From contig RDEW01000022.1 in assembly GCA_011109175.1 (NCBI GenBank), positions 1 to 64,000 of the forward strand: 64,000 nt of DNA. Reading direction: 5' to 3'. Made by a program: the position numbers and the translations under genes. This DNA comes from Dicyema japonicum. Its lineage: Eukaryota > Animalia > Dicyemida. Below the pieces are notes generated by a model that was not told the DNA's origin, did no database searches, and was given only the letters and a program-made list of their open reading frames with translations. The first letter of the stretch is position 1; the number at the start of each line of letters is the position of its first letter. Positions 52,962 to 64,000 of this stretch are shown here, in pieces.

Positions 52962-53547
52962 ATGGCCGAGGGTGGAAGTCAGCAAAACTGGATAGTCACT
53001 TATATTCGTAACAAAATGGCATTATATGAAATAAGACAACATCGAATTGAAAAGAATTGGGCGACATCATTTGTGCACTCTTTGATAAAGATCCATGTCC
53101 AAATACCGTCGAAAATGCTAACGCATTTTGTTGATATGCTTTATTTAATTTTTAGTTCCCAAGGTATTACATGAACCAGTTGTCAAAAATCTTATGAATG
53201 TATTTTTGGTTTTTATTAAGGAATTTAAAAATATTGAGGTGATTCTATGTTTATTGGATCAGATCGTCACAATAATAGAGCTTTTACTCAATGATGCATC
53301 CCCACTTCACCTTTTACGTATAATTTAATAAATTGACTTGATTCTATTATTAGCAACTTTAATAGAATCACTTAACCATTCTACACGTTCAAAACTTCTA
53401 TTATGTCGCCAGAAACAGTCCATTGGAAATTATTACAGAGATGCGAATAAACAAATTTCAAAAATTTTCTTAAGAGTGAAACAAGAATACTTACGGGTTG
53501 GGTGGGTATCTAGAGTGTTACGAACAATGCATGGGATAGATCTCTAA
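52962..53547 (+). CDS. Novel small protein, paralog X2, 4 exons; needs +1 nt in exon 1
   Basis: Introns 53130-53155, 53200-53220, 53318-53353; 44-nt exon 2 as in X1; W..YI..YE.RQ..DP..P.T..L.EP.V..L..E..IL shared. Confidence 0.65.
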
Positions 53548-53869
53548 GCTACTCACAGCTCTCACTTGTAAATGTGGATGTAGGTATGTCTGACGATGCT
53601 GATCTAATTTCTGTTAGGATCGCCAGAATGTCGTTAGCGTTCCAGTCTTTCCACGTTTTTTGGCTACCAAGGCAAATTTCCGTCTTTGGACATAATAAAT
53701 TGCTAATAAATCTTTATAAAACTAGTCAAAGATAAAAAGAATATGAGCCTAGGAAACAGTATGTGAACCACACAACGTTTATGATTTAACGGGAAATGCG
53801 GCTTAATTTGCACCACAAACTAACACGTGAGTCTACTTGGCTTGTTTTCTTTATAAACAGTCTTATTTT

Positions 53870-54500
53870 TATATTATTATTATAAGCACTTATCGCTATG
53901 TCATAAGACTTTACAAAGCATGTGCAACACGAGTTATCAAATCACGGTTAGTTTCATCCACTTCCTCCTATTCAAAGCCGCAGTGCGCAACCAGTCAAGA
54001 TCCTCTCCACTTCCAAGATGCCGTCCCATTTTTTGAGGTCCTCGTCGAGAACGACTACCAGGGCGACCACGGAAACGGGGGGCCTCCAACATGAAGTAAT
54101 CCTCCATCGTTCGCGGGGGCATCTAGGTCCAGTCGCTGTATATTGCCGAAAAGCCTCCATCGTGTATCCAGAATCTCATTAGAAATTTCTGAGGTCTTCG
54201 TCCTCTTATAAAGAAGATTGGATGACATCCTAGTATCACTTCTTTCGAACATCATATGCCGTAGTTGGTCTCTATGAAACGCATTAAGCCTCTTCAGTTC
54301 ATTTCTTGAGCAGGGCAGCCCAGGTACCAGCGTTATATAGTAGTATAGGTTTCACTAGCGAGTTGTATAATCAAGTTTTTGTTGTAATGTCAAGGCCCCT
54401 TTTTGTGGAGCCAGGTGTTTTTTAATCTGGAGAGGGCAGTTTGTGCTAGAGTTTTCCTTCTCGTAATTTTTTCATGCTCTCCTAGGAGGGAGCCAAGCTT
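53870..54500 (-). mobile_element. RTE 3' fragment with TAA tail (different subfamily)
   Basis: KLGSLLG, KPILLYNAGTW, RWRLFGNIQRL, RFRGRP; ends AAGTGCTTATAATAATAAT. Confidence 0.9.
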
Positions 54501-55369
54501 ATTTTTATATCGCAATTTATTTATTTATTAACCCCGGATACACCGAGAAAGAAGTTAAAGTAAACTACTAATTAAGTGTATCCAGTTTCCACTTCTACAG
54601 AGTCCATCCGGAATCAGCATAAAAGGTAAGACGTCCACTACATGCAGTTGTGGAAACCCCTCCAGTGGAGTGGGGGAGAGCAAATGATCTTTTTTCGTGC
54701 CGGCCTGGCACTGGCGTCACCTAGACAGGATCGCAATATAAAGTTAAATACCACAATAATGAGTCAAATAAATAATTTATTTAATTATATCAGTTAAAAT
54801 ATATTTATTTAAATGTCAACCAACATTAATAATTTTAATTTATTATACGTTGGTATCGTCTCTTGTGGTCACTTTATTTTTTTTCATTATACTTGTATAT
54901 ATTACACTTTCTTCATTATTGAAAATGCAGGATCTATCAAACTTTTATTAAATAAATCTTTGATTCATCAATTCTCTATGTTGTTTTTAATTATGAAGAG
55001 ATTATGTAAATGTCTATTTTATTACAGTGAGTCAACATTTCATTAATTGCTTGATTCTCAGTTTATGAATAGTTTATGAAAATTTAAAATATCGAAAATG
55101 TATTTTTTTCCAATTGCAATTTCCTGATTTCGTTGTTATATCTGTTTCAAACCTGAAACAACTCCTAATTGTCTCGTCGGATACGTCTTCCCGAGGAATT
55201 TTCACAAAAAAAGACCATATACTATATTTTTTGTCTGAACCATATACTACCGGAGAACTGGAGAACCGACTGAGTCTCATGCATCCACAACAATGACTTC
55301 CCCTCCTCGAATGGACAGATTGTAATTCCGTCAGGCAAAATAATTCCAAAATATTATAAGTCATCACAA

Positions 55370-56350
55370 GAATTATTATTATAATGCTAAAACCCAAGAC
55401 CCCCAAGAAAGAAAATATTAACTCACTAATTAAGTGATCCCAGCCTCCAACATTTCTTAATTCTCTTCGAATACTCCGCCTGTGATCCATCTGTATTCCT
55501 TGAGTGTCTTCTTTATGTCTTGCAAAGGAATTATATCTGACTGCACTTTTTTTAATGCCGATCTGAATTTTCTCATATGTTCCGCCCTTTCTCTGAATTT
55601 ATTAATAAAGGACCAAAAATCACCGATCGTCCAATGAAGCTTGTAGCCGGAATTACATCAGTATGAACGCACTGGTTTTCGACTGCGACGATTATTTCAT
55701 CCGCATATGTCATAACCAGAGTATCGACACTGTAAAGGAAGGACATATCATTTAGGAATTGGTTGAACAGTTGTGGTGACAGTGAAGATCCTTGATGGAC
55801 CCCATTTGGATGGAACTTTGTCACTGAACTATTTTCTCCAGCAGTCACTCTTCCTCTTCTTTATTTAGGAAATTAGCAATCCAGATTTTCAGGTTGTTTG
55901 GGATTTTTGACGTAAAGATCTTTCTTATCAAAAACTTTCTTGGACCGTGTCGAAAGTTTCTTCTATACCGGTGGAGCATATCAATGACTTCTGATGAGGT
56001 TTGCGTTTTAGGCCATCCTTGATGAAATTTGAATGAGTTTGCTAGCTCCTTGCATATACCTAGGAAGCCTTGGCATTTCCCAACTCACCTCTGAAAGAAC
56101 ATGAGGATCGATGTGAATCGGAATGCATGTGCCTCGTGATCTATAGTCTGAGAGATTTCATACGCGACCTTCGAAGAAGGGATAGCGAATATCAAGGCAG
56201 AACAGGCATCTTCAACCATCGGCATAATGACTTGAAGATATAATTTGCTGATACATGCAGTAGAGGGAGGAGACTCTTCTTTTGATTTCGAAGACCCTTA
56301 GTAACACTTAATCCGTGTGACTGGAGAATGTCATAAGAGTCGAATGTCAC
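55370..56350 (-). mobile_element. Patchwork of LINE RT fragments ending in a LINE 3' terminus
   Basis: NGVHQGSSLSPQLFNQFLND..TYADE; VTFDS; GGATCACTTAATTAG..ATAATAATAAT. Confidence 0.75.
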
Positions 56351-56449
56351 GATAATTTAAAATTATTACATAAATTACGTCATCGTAATTAATAATAAAT
56401 TATTAAATAAACTTGAATCTATTTATTAATGAAAAATTGAGCAAATGAT

Positions 56450-56870
56450 TATATTGCGGCTGCACTGACTGCGTGGCTATTCCCTTTAGAGATGGAGAGT
56501 GAGATTCGCTCAAATAACCATCAGTGCTCACGGGGGTCTCCTGATCGTGTAGAAATCCGATTTAATAGACGACTCAAAAATTTCACGTCGCAGGCGCAAG
56601 GGAACCATACGTTTCAACAGCTAGTAAAACAAAAAAATCATTTGACAGGACCGTTTGATTTACCCGTTTCAATTTCTCAGAGCAGAACAGGTTCTAGAGG
56701 CACTCTCGAATAAATTGCAAGGGGCAAACGTGTCGATGCATGTTACGTCCCAGACAAAAGGTTTCCCGGCTTCAAAAGTGAAGTTGTCTTCCTACCTAGT
56801 CGTATTCCATCAACCCTCAAAGACTGACTGCTTCAGGCATCTAAGGGTGTCCGACAGAATAAACTGTTGG
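56450..56870 (-). mobile_element. CRE 3' fragment
   Basis: Reverse complement aligns with 17050-17445 (GKPFVWDVTCIDTFA..GDPREH..). Confidence 0.85.
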
Positions 56871-57724
56871 ATTAAATAAAATTAAAAATTCAGAGGCGGT
56901 GGCGCACCACTACTACATGAAATCTCTACTAAGTTTCTTTAACCATAAAACTAGATTTTTACATAAATAATTTTCCCTTTGAAGATTATATTCCAATCAA
57001 TTTTTATTATTTATTCAAATTGAGTTAATTTCCTCTCGTATTTCAGATAGATATCCCGATAATCTCTGTGAATCTTAACGCTGTGAAAGCCGAAATGTTG
57101 AATAGGAAAAATATGGCGACCTAACCTACGGAATGATGTTTGATTCTCTCTTTTTGAAGACTTCAAAGGTAATGTTTGTATTTCTCGTCGACTTAGGAGT
57201 CCGATCTCACGAACGATAGTGGCTATTCAAAGAGTTTCAAACACAATTTTTTAAAAATATCCATGCTCGCCATTATTCTACAATCATTTAATAATTAATT
57301 TGAGAAATTCAAGTTATTGCTTGAGTAACCAAGCTACCGGATCCTTCACAAGTAACTAATATATGTTCTGAAGGATGACCCTTTTCCCATACAAATCCAA
57401 AAGAGCTTTGGTCTAGCCGCAACTTGTGTTGACACATGTCAAACACAAATCTTTTCAAATCGGTTCAGACACTAGAGCAGCTGTTTCGACAGCGGAAAAC
57501 CTAAAAATCAATAAATATTCTTGCCTCGGAGACCGGTACTGATTTACTCCTGTTGCGATCGAGTCATCGAAAGCCGTTGGTTCAATGACGCTGAGTTCTT
57601 TCGAGAAACTCGGAGGAATGCTTGTCAGAAAGAAAGGGGATCAACGAGAAGGTTATGGCTGAGACAAAAGCCATACTCCAGGGACTTGTTCACGATCACG
57701 AATCCAACTTCCTCAACTAACATT

Positions 57725-58175
57725 TGTTGTTATATTATTAAAAAACACTCCCGAGAAAACATAAAAGTAGTTAAGTATCCCTTGTGCCGTATTCCGAATC
57801 ATCCACTCCGTCAGCTTCGACCATGATCTTTGTTGCCCACTAGTTCTCTTAGGTAGTCCAGGTCGTCCGCCATTTTTATTTTAATATCAGACGATATCCA
57901 CACTCTTGTAACGTAGTGAATCAGTTCCTGATGGACTGCACATCCGAGACCATAATGTAAGCAAGCCGACGGGAGTATAAAGGTGGAATTTTCCAAACAG
58001 TTCTGTAATTTTTGTGTCTGAGACAACAAACAGAGACGTCATATTTGGTTAGATCGCATATCAGTTGGTGTTTCTTGTAAAATTATAAAAGTCCTCTGCA
58101 ATTGAAAGGTCCCAAAGTGAACAGAGAAATCGATAAGGAATACAAATAAGTGCAATAGAGGTGTCGTCACCACCT
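57725..58175 (-). mobile_element. Non-autonomous bipartite RTE derivative, second complete copy
   Basis: GTFNCRGL..HYGLG..RVW fused directly to ADDLDYLREL and a TAA tail; same junction as 19945-20375. Confidence 0.85.
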
Positions 58176-60469
58176 GTACCAGAAACATTTGTTCCTTTGA
58201 TTAATTAATTAAATAAATTTAAAATATAAAAAAAACAATAAAAAAAAGAAATATTAATTATTTCTTAGTCTTTAGTCAGAATTATTCAACTCTCGAATTT
58301 TTTTTGTTTGCTCCTTATTTTTGGTGGTTTCACTATTCATTTTACTTTTAATGATTATTTATTCTCGGAGATATATTTCAATATTGTACACTCTTCTATG
58401 ATGAAATTAGTGAAAACTCAGTCGTGAATCGTTTTCAGACGTGACTGAAAGAGATCATTCTCGTCGATGGTTACAAAAATGCGATATTTGTCAGTGAACT
58501 GTAGATGACAATAATCACTCATTACAATGTCAGAAGGTACAGTAAGGTCCATTGCACTAACCACGTAGAAGGTTCTCTGAAGAAATCCATAATCAGAAAT
58601 CATTTTATGGATCATCCACAACAAGTCAGATAATCTTTAATTATCCATTTCTGGCACATTTTATGATATCCAGTATTATTTTTATATTAACTAGTAATAT
58701 ATTGAAGATTATATACAATGTCGTTACACATCTCAAGCACCGTACTATTTATTTTTTGATTTAGGATCGCCAGATTAAAGAGATAGTATACAACTCAGTT
58801 ACTACAGTCATAAAAGACACATCTTTCCGAGCATCATTTCTGTCCATATCTGTCTTTATGAAACTCCTCCAGTGAGGTACGAATATAAAACTTAATAAAT
58901 AGAGCTTTTCAGTATATAATATCTTTTGACAAAAACTGTTCCAACTGATAAATTCAAAGTATCAACCATCTATACCTGGAGACATTTTAAAGTTGGGTGC
59001 TAAAGTTTTTACCAGATTACCAAATTGGTTCAACACGGAATTAAAATATCTTCCGTTGCAGGTGTTCTAATAAGCGAGATGGAATAATCGAAGAGAAACT
59101 CCACACCACGTTGCAAAAATAAGGTCTCGAATTCATCATTTAGAATTTGAATTAAACCAAAAAAGAAATCTCTCTATATTCTCTTATTTTTTAGTCCAAA
59201 TTATTAACTCCGGTAACACAAGAAATAGGAAAGTAATTTTACTCTCATTCATCTTGCACAAACGACTTGAAAGATGTTCAAAGTAGAACAGAATTCTTGG
59301 ACAGTGTGATGATCAAAATCAGAGTAATGTAATATCCAGGCATTTTTTCTCATAATTTAATCAGACATTCAAGAAATATCCTGGATAGTTCTCAAGGGAG
59401 AGCATGTAGTTATCTCATATCTTAGAAGGTTTTTAAGAATTTGGTAATGGCTTCGTATAAGGTGAGGAGACCATCATCCCGCTTTCTCGTCCGTTGAATC
59501 CGTACTGACTTTTATTCAGGAGACACTGGTGTAGGATTGTTTAAAGGGAGTTTGTATGTTAAATCAAAGCATTGTCAATCTTAAACTGTCAGGAATGATC
59601 GTAGATCCAAAATTTGCCTCTTTTCCCATTGCCATTTAAACTGGATAACCACGGTCCACCATTTGCGGTAGTTAGGGTTCCTTCCGGATAGTTGAGTCTG
59701 AAAGTGAGTGCCGCGTGGGGGAAGTCCGCCGGGCTAGACGATTTCCTTGCAGCTCTTGGATCAGGATCACTTAGTTTGTTGTAAACTTTATCCTTTTCTT
59801 TTAAACCACTTATCGTGCAGATAGGGCTTTATAGCTTGCAATACCTTAATGTTGAGTTTAAGAATTTACAGATTAAGGCCATTTTAACTCGATTACACTG
59901 ATTTCTTTAATATATTGATGATGATTGTAATTATTTTAGTATATTGGGTGATGTCAGCATCTCCCAATAATCTCCGTACTTTCCTCGAGTTTATCTTGGG
60001 ATCCCAATACTCGATATCTAACCGTGCTCAGGAAATGTACGTGGAAATCGATTGAAGATGGTTGATACTGTGAATACATTGAGAAATAACAGCAAACTAC
60101 AAATTTAACTTATAAAAATCCCACAGTCGTGTTTGAATGATAGGTCCTCCAAGCGAAAATTCATCTCGTATCACTGATGTGGACCCCTTCCATGAAAAAA
60201 TTCTTATTTACAAATACACAGAGAACCAAAAGTTCAATTTTCTCTGATTCTTCAAAAAGGAGACATTAACTAAAATCTATTTTTGATTTCCTTAAAGCAA
60301 TCATGTAGCGGAATCGGTCAAATTGTTTTTAAATTTTCATTGAAAACTAAAATATTTTGTCTGCCTAAATCCGAAAATCCAAATTAAAATGTCCACAATG
60401 ATGAATCAAATAATTAATAATTTAATATATTTAATTATATTAGTTAAAATTTGAAAGGAAAAAAGGAGA

Positions 60470-63400
60470 AGGGTCACTTGCGTTACCTGATGGTATGAAT
60501 GTAATTCTTGCCATATCCGAGAGCGTTGTGGCAGATGACCCAAAAGAATGGGCGAGGCAGGTAGTCCTGCAGGTACGTAGCAGGCTATCTCGAATGCCTG
60601 GAATGGATGGCCATACTTGGCGGAGCTCTGCAGTGGCAGATTCAGTACTGCTATATCTGTGAGTGAACTCAAGAAGATGGCTGTAGGCAAAGAGGGTACT
60701 GGTCTAAAGGGGCGGGGACCAGGTGACCACAACTGTCAAAGAGAGCACGAGCACCAGAGCTGTGATACGTTGCAGCTCAAGCATGTTTATGAGGTCTTTG
60801 CGCGGAATCTCGCTGCAGCGGCAGATGTCCCACTTGAGGACCGTAGATTTACCCGCAAGATTCCTCATTGTAAGGTTAACGGTGGAGTGTTAACCTGCAT
60901 CAATAAGGCTGTGGCTTATGCGGTGGAGGCTAAGCCAGTAGGGTCATTGGGTGACATCTCCCTAGTGCTGTATGCAGCACAGATCACCTATGAGGAATTG
61001 ACGGACAAGCCCAGACCACCCAGTAAATGGAGGGAGCAGATCTGTGCCAAGATTGCTTGGAGACAGACTGAGCTGGAAGCACTGGAGGGGCACATAAGTA
61101 GTGTGGCGAGAGGGGTTAGAGGGGCTATAGTAAAGGGGCTAATTAGTAAACTCCGTGTTCCCAAATGGGACCTCAAAGAGTTGAGGAGGGCAAAGGTGGA
61201 GTTAAGAGGGGCATAATGGTGTATAAGAGGAAACTCTATACACATGAAAGTCGGTGTAAGAGAAGGAGAGAAAATAATCTGTTTGAGTTTAATCGCAGAT
61301 TGTTTTACCGTCGCCTACACGAAAATGGCCATAGTGTATGTTCCCAGCAGGACGCGGAAATGCTTTCCACATGGGGTAGTATGTGGGAGGCTAAACCACG
61401 CAGAGGAAATGCGTGGAATGTCCCGTACAGCGCCGCTCCTTTCTTGGCGGAATCTTGCGGAATTTTCGATTTTCGCAAGAAATTTGAGGCGGTAGTGAGA
61501 CATCTCCCTGATTGGAAGACGACCGGGGTCGATAAAGTTTATAATTTCTTTATCAAAAGATGCACTTCATTACACGAGTCTATGTGTCGTGTATTACAGA
61601 AAAGCATCACTAACCCGGAAACGATTCCTGATTGGGCATGCACAGGGACAACTTATTTGATCCCAAAGCTGGACAACCCCCAGTCTGCTGCAGATTATCG
61701 ACCGATAACCTGCATGCCAACCCTGTATAAGCTGATGACCAAATTGGTGGCTAATGAGGTCAGGAGCTTTGTAGACGCAAATGGGATTCTCTCCGAGAAT
61801 CAGTTGGGAACTGTGCGAAATTGTCAGGGGGCAAAAGAGCAGGCTTTGATCAACAAATGCCTTTCTGTGTCTCACGGAAACTCACTTTTGTCTATGTGGG
61901 TGGATGTGAAGAAGGCTTACGATTCAGTTGATCATTCTTACCTTGTCGAGTGCCTACACAGTCTGTGTATGCCTGTGTGGTTCATCAGCTTTGTAGTGGC
62001 TGTGATGAATAGGTGGAGTATTCATCTGAACTATAATAGGCACCGGATAGGCGAGGTAAAACTCAAGAGGGGGATCCTTCAGGGGGATAGCATGTCTCCG
62101 CTACTCTTTGTTCTCTGTTTGGAGCCATTGAGTCGCCGCCTCAATGACCGGTTTGAGCAAATACCAGTTCATTGTGAAGGGGTCTGTTTCAGTACAAATC
62201 ACCTTCTTTTTATCGATGACTTGAAGATGTATGCTCGAACAGCCGAGGAGCTCTACTCCATGGGGGTCTGTGCCAGGGAATTCTTTGAGAGTATAGGGCT
62301 AGATTTGAATTATTCAAAGTCTGCGACTAACACGCAAGTATGTAGCGAGTTAGTAAGAGTCCTAGAGGAACACGAAGGATATAAGTATCTGGGTGTTACC
62401 GAATCTCCAAAGTCCCTTATAATGCCTGAGACAAAGCGACAAATTACTGAAGGCATCCGTAAAAGAGCAGCGTTATTGTGTAAGACGTCTCTAAATGCAA
62501 GGAATTTGTTCCTAGCATTAAATGAGTATGCTGTCTCGCTGCTAAACTACTACATAGGTGTTGTGGAGTTTGAGCCCAAAGAGTATGATGAGATGGATGT
62601 TATGATCCGTGGAGTACTCAGAGAGAACCATGTCCATGTGTTGGCAGCCAATAAGGAGAGACTATATTTACCCCGTGATAAATTCGGCCGTGGACTGTGT
62701 GGAGTAGTCCAACTAAGTGAGCGTATCCTAATGCGAATGCACGACACCCTGATAGCTGGGTCAAGTGTGTCTGCTAGGAAGCACGCCATAATAACGACCG
62801 AGAAAACACGGGCAACCCACCTAGGCACTATCAGACCTTTTTTGTCTGCTAAGTATGGTGTTGATGATGGTGGGCTAGTAAATGTGAAGGCGTTGATCGA
62901 ATTACAATATAATAATTTGATGGAAAAGATCAACTTAAAAAGCCTTCATAAGGTCCTCTTCAGAGCATTGGACAACCCACATGTCGACCTTAAGTCGTCG
63001 ACAATATGGCTAAAATACGGTGACAACTCACCTCGATCGGAGGCGTTGTACACGTATATGCAAGACCGCAATATTTTTTGGGGTCGATCAACAAATACAT
63101 GTCCCCACTGTAAGTCAAGGAGCATGTCGGTTGATCATTTAGCCACTCGATGTGGATCCATGCTCTGCCACGACTATGTGTGGAGGCACAACGAGGTAGT
63201 AAGGAGTCTTCATCTTCTACTATGCAATAAGTATGGTATTCGCCACACCAGAAAGTTGCGGACTCATAAGGTGCAATCTGTAGTAGAGAACACCAGGGTC
63301 CAAATTAAGGTAGACAGTGTTATCCGTACCTCGGTGCTAGTCAAGCACAATAAACCGGACATTGTGGTACACGATAAGGAGTCTGGCCAAGTCCTTATCA

Positions 63401-63665
63401 TAGAGGTTGGCATCACGTCTCAAGACCGTTGCAGCTCCAGGCCTATCTACAGTCACTGTTAAACCCTAGAGAGCCTGACACTGGAGTATAGGAGGCAGAG
63501 CCCTGAGATGCCATATGGGCAGAGGGTTCAATTAGACAAGGCGCTCTCGGAGTTGTTTCAGCAACCAGAATCGAACCTGCCTGAGGAGGCTGGCGAACAG
63601 GCAGGCGAGGAAGGTTGTTGATTAATAAATATATTAACTTTTTTATTGTTTATTAAATAAAGTGG
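60470..63665 (+). mobile_element. RLE-type non-LTR retrotransposon (R4/Dong/NeSL-like): RT, CCHC finger, restriction-like endonuclease; one frameshift and an internal deletion
   Basis: YRPITC, DVKKAYDSV, GILQGDSMSP, FIDD, YKYLG, RLYLPR..GRGL, CPHC..HLATRC, RHNEV, KPDIV; ORFs 60617-61216 and 61165-63462; markedly higher GC than host. Confidence 0.95.
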
Positions 63666-63739
63666 GGTTAGTTAAAATTTATATTTTAATGTGGTTAACC
63701 ATTTGGTTGAGGTGGATGATACCTATGCACCCACATTTA

Positions 63740-63950
63740 TTGAGCATGCGCGAAAGCTAGTCAAACAAAATAACAAATATGAAAGTTCTAGAAGTATTCC
63801 ACCATGTGAACAACAACAGAGCTGCAGGATGCGATGGAGTTCCAGGGGAATTACTCAAATACGCTCCCGATACGAAAAGGATGGACAGACTAACGGAAAT
63901 GATATCGAAAAACATGGCACAAGCGAAACCATAAACAGTGTTTACCTGTA
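63740..63950 (+). mobile_element. RTE RT domain-0 fragment
   Basis: VFHHVNNNRAAGCDGVPGELLKYAP. Confidence 0.75.
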
Positions 63951-64000
63951 ACGTGAATGTGCTTTAACTTAACCATTATTAATAAAGTGTATTATACATG

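Noticed and set aside
60471-60541. 5' ribozyme of the RLE element (GGGTCA...TGACCC pairing)
   Set aside because: Only a simple hairpin is visible; HDV-like P2/P3/P1.1 elements could not be assigned
61165-61220. Programmed ORF1/ORF2 frameshift
   Set aside because: RLE elements of this type usually have one ORF; a 1-nt deletion or sequencing error is simpler
272-62933. Most short ORFs in the supplied track (e.g. 272-487, 2382-2705, 54813-55046, antisense ORFs within LINEs)
   Set aside because: Low-complexity AT-rich chance ORFs or shadows of retroelement frames; no motifs
63661-63672. Telomeric-repeat target (GGGTTAG) after the RLE element
   Set aside because: Single unit, absent from the other two 3' ends
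1-64000. Alternative genetic code or prokaryotic/organellar origin
   Set aside because: Spliced genes read cleanly in the standard code and end in TAA; spliceosomal introns, LINEs and SINEs indicate nuclear DNA

Overview
AT-rich eukaryotic nuclear DNA (roughly one third G+C by eye, standard genetic code). It holds a few genes with very short GT-AG introns (mostly 21-26 nt) in a dense patchwork of decayed retroelements. The best-supported gene is a seven-exon DNAJC27/RBJ (RJL GTPase + J domain, 27793-28780). Tiny-intron splicing also reveals three paralogous LAMP-like surface-protein genes and a pair of novel small paralogous genes with a shared TATA promoter. There is also an intronless DDX11/CHL1 helicase remnant. 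Mobile elements include RTE LINEs (one with an 11-bp TSD, one nearly full length, plus an amplified bipartite non-autonomous derivative), CRE elements, an RLE-type (R4/Dong/NeSL-like) element resembling microsporidian retrotransposons, I/Jockey/CR1 fragments, a tRNA-SINE and a Tc1-like remnant. Almost pure A/T islands recur every ~1-2 kb at promoters and fragment junctions, often beside CACGTG. The intron sizes with an RBJ gene suggest a dicyemid-like animal (inference only). Single-base indels inside the conserved gene suggest some frameshifts are assembly errors. All homology calls are by-eye motif recognition, not database results.
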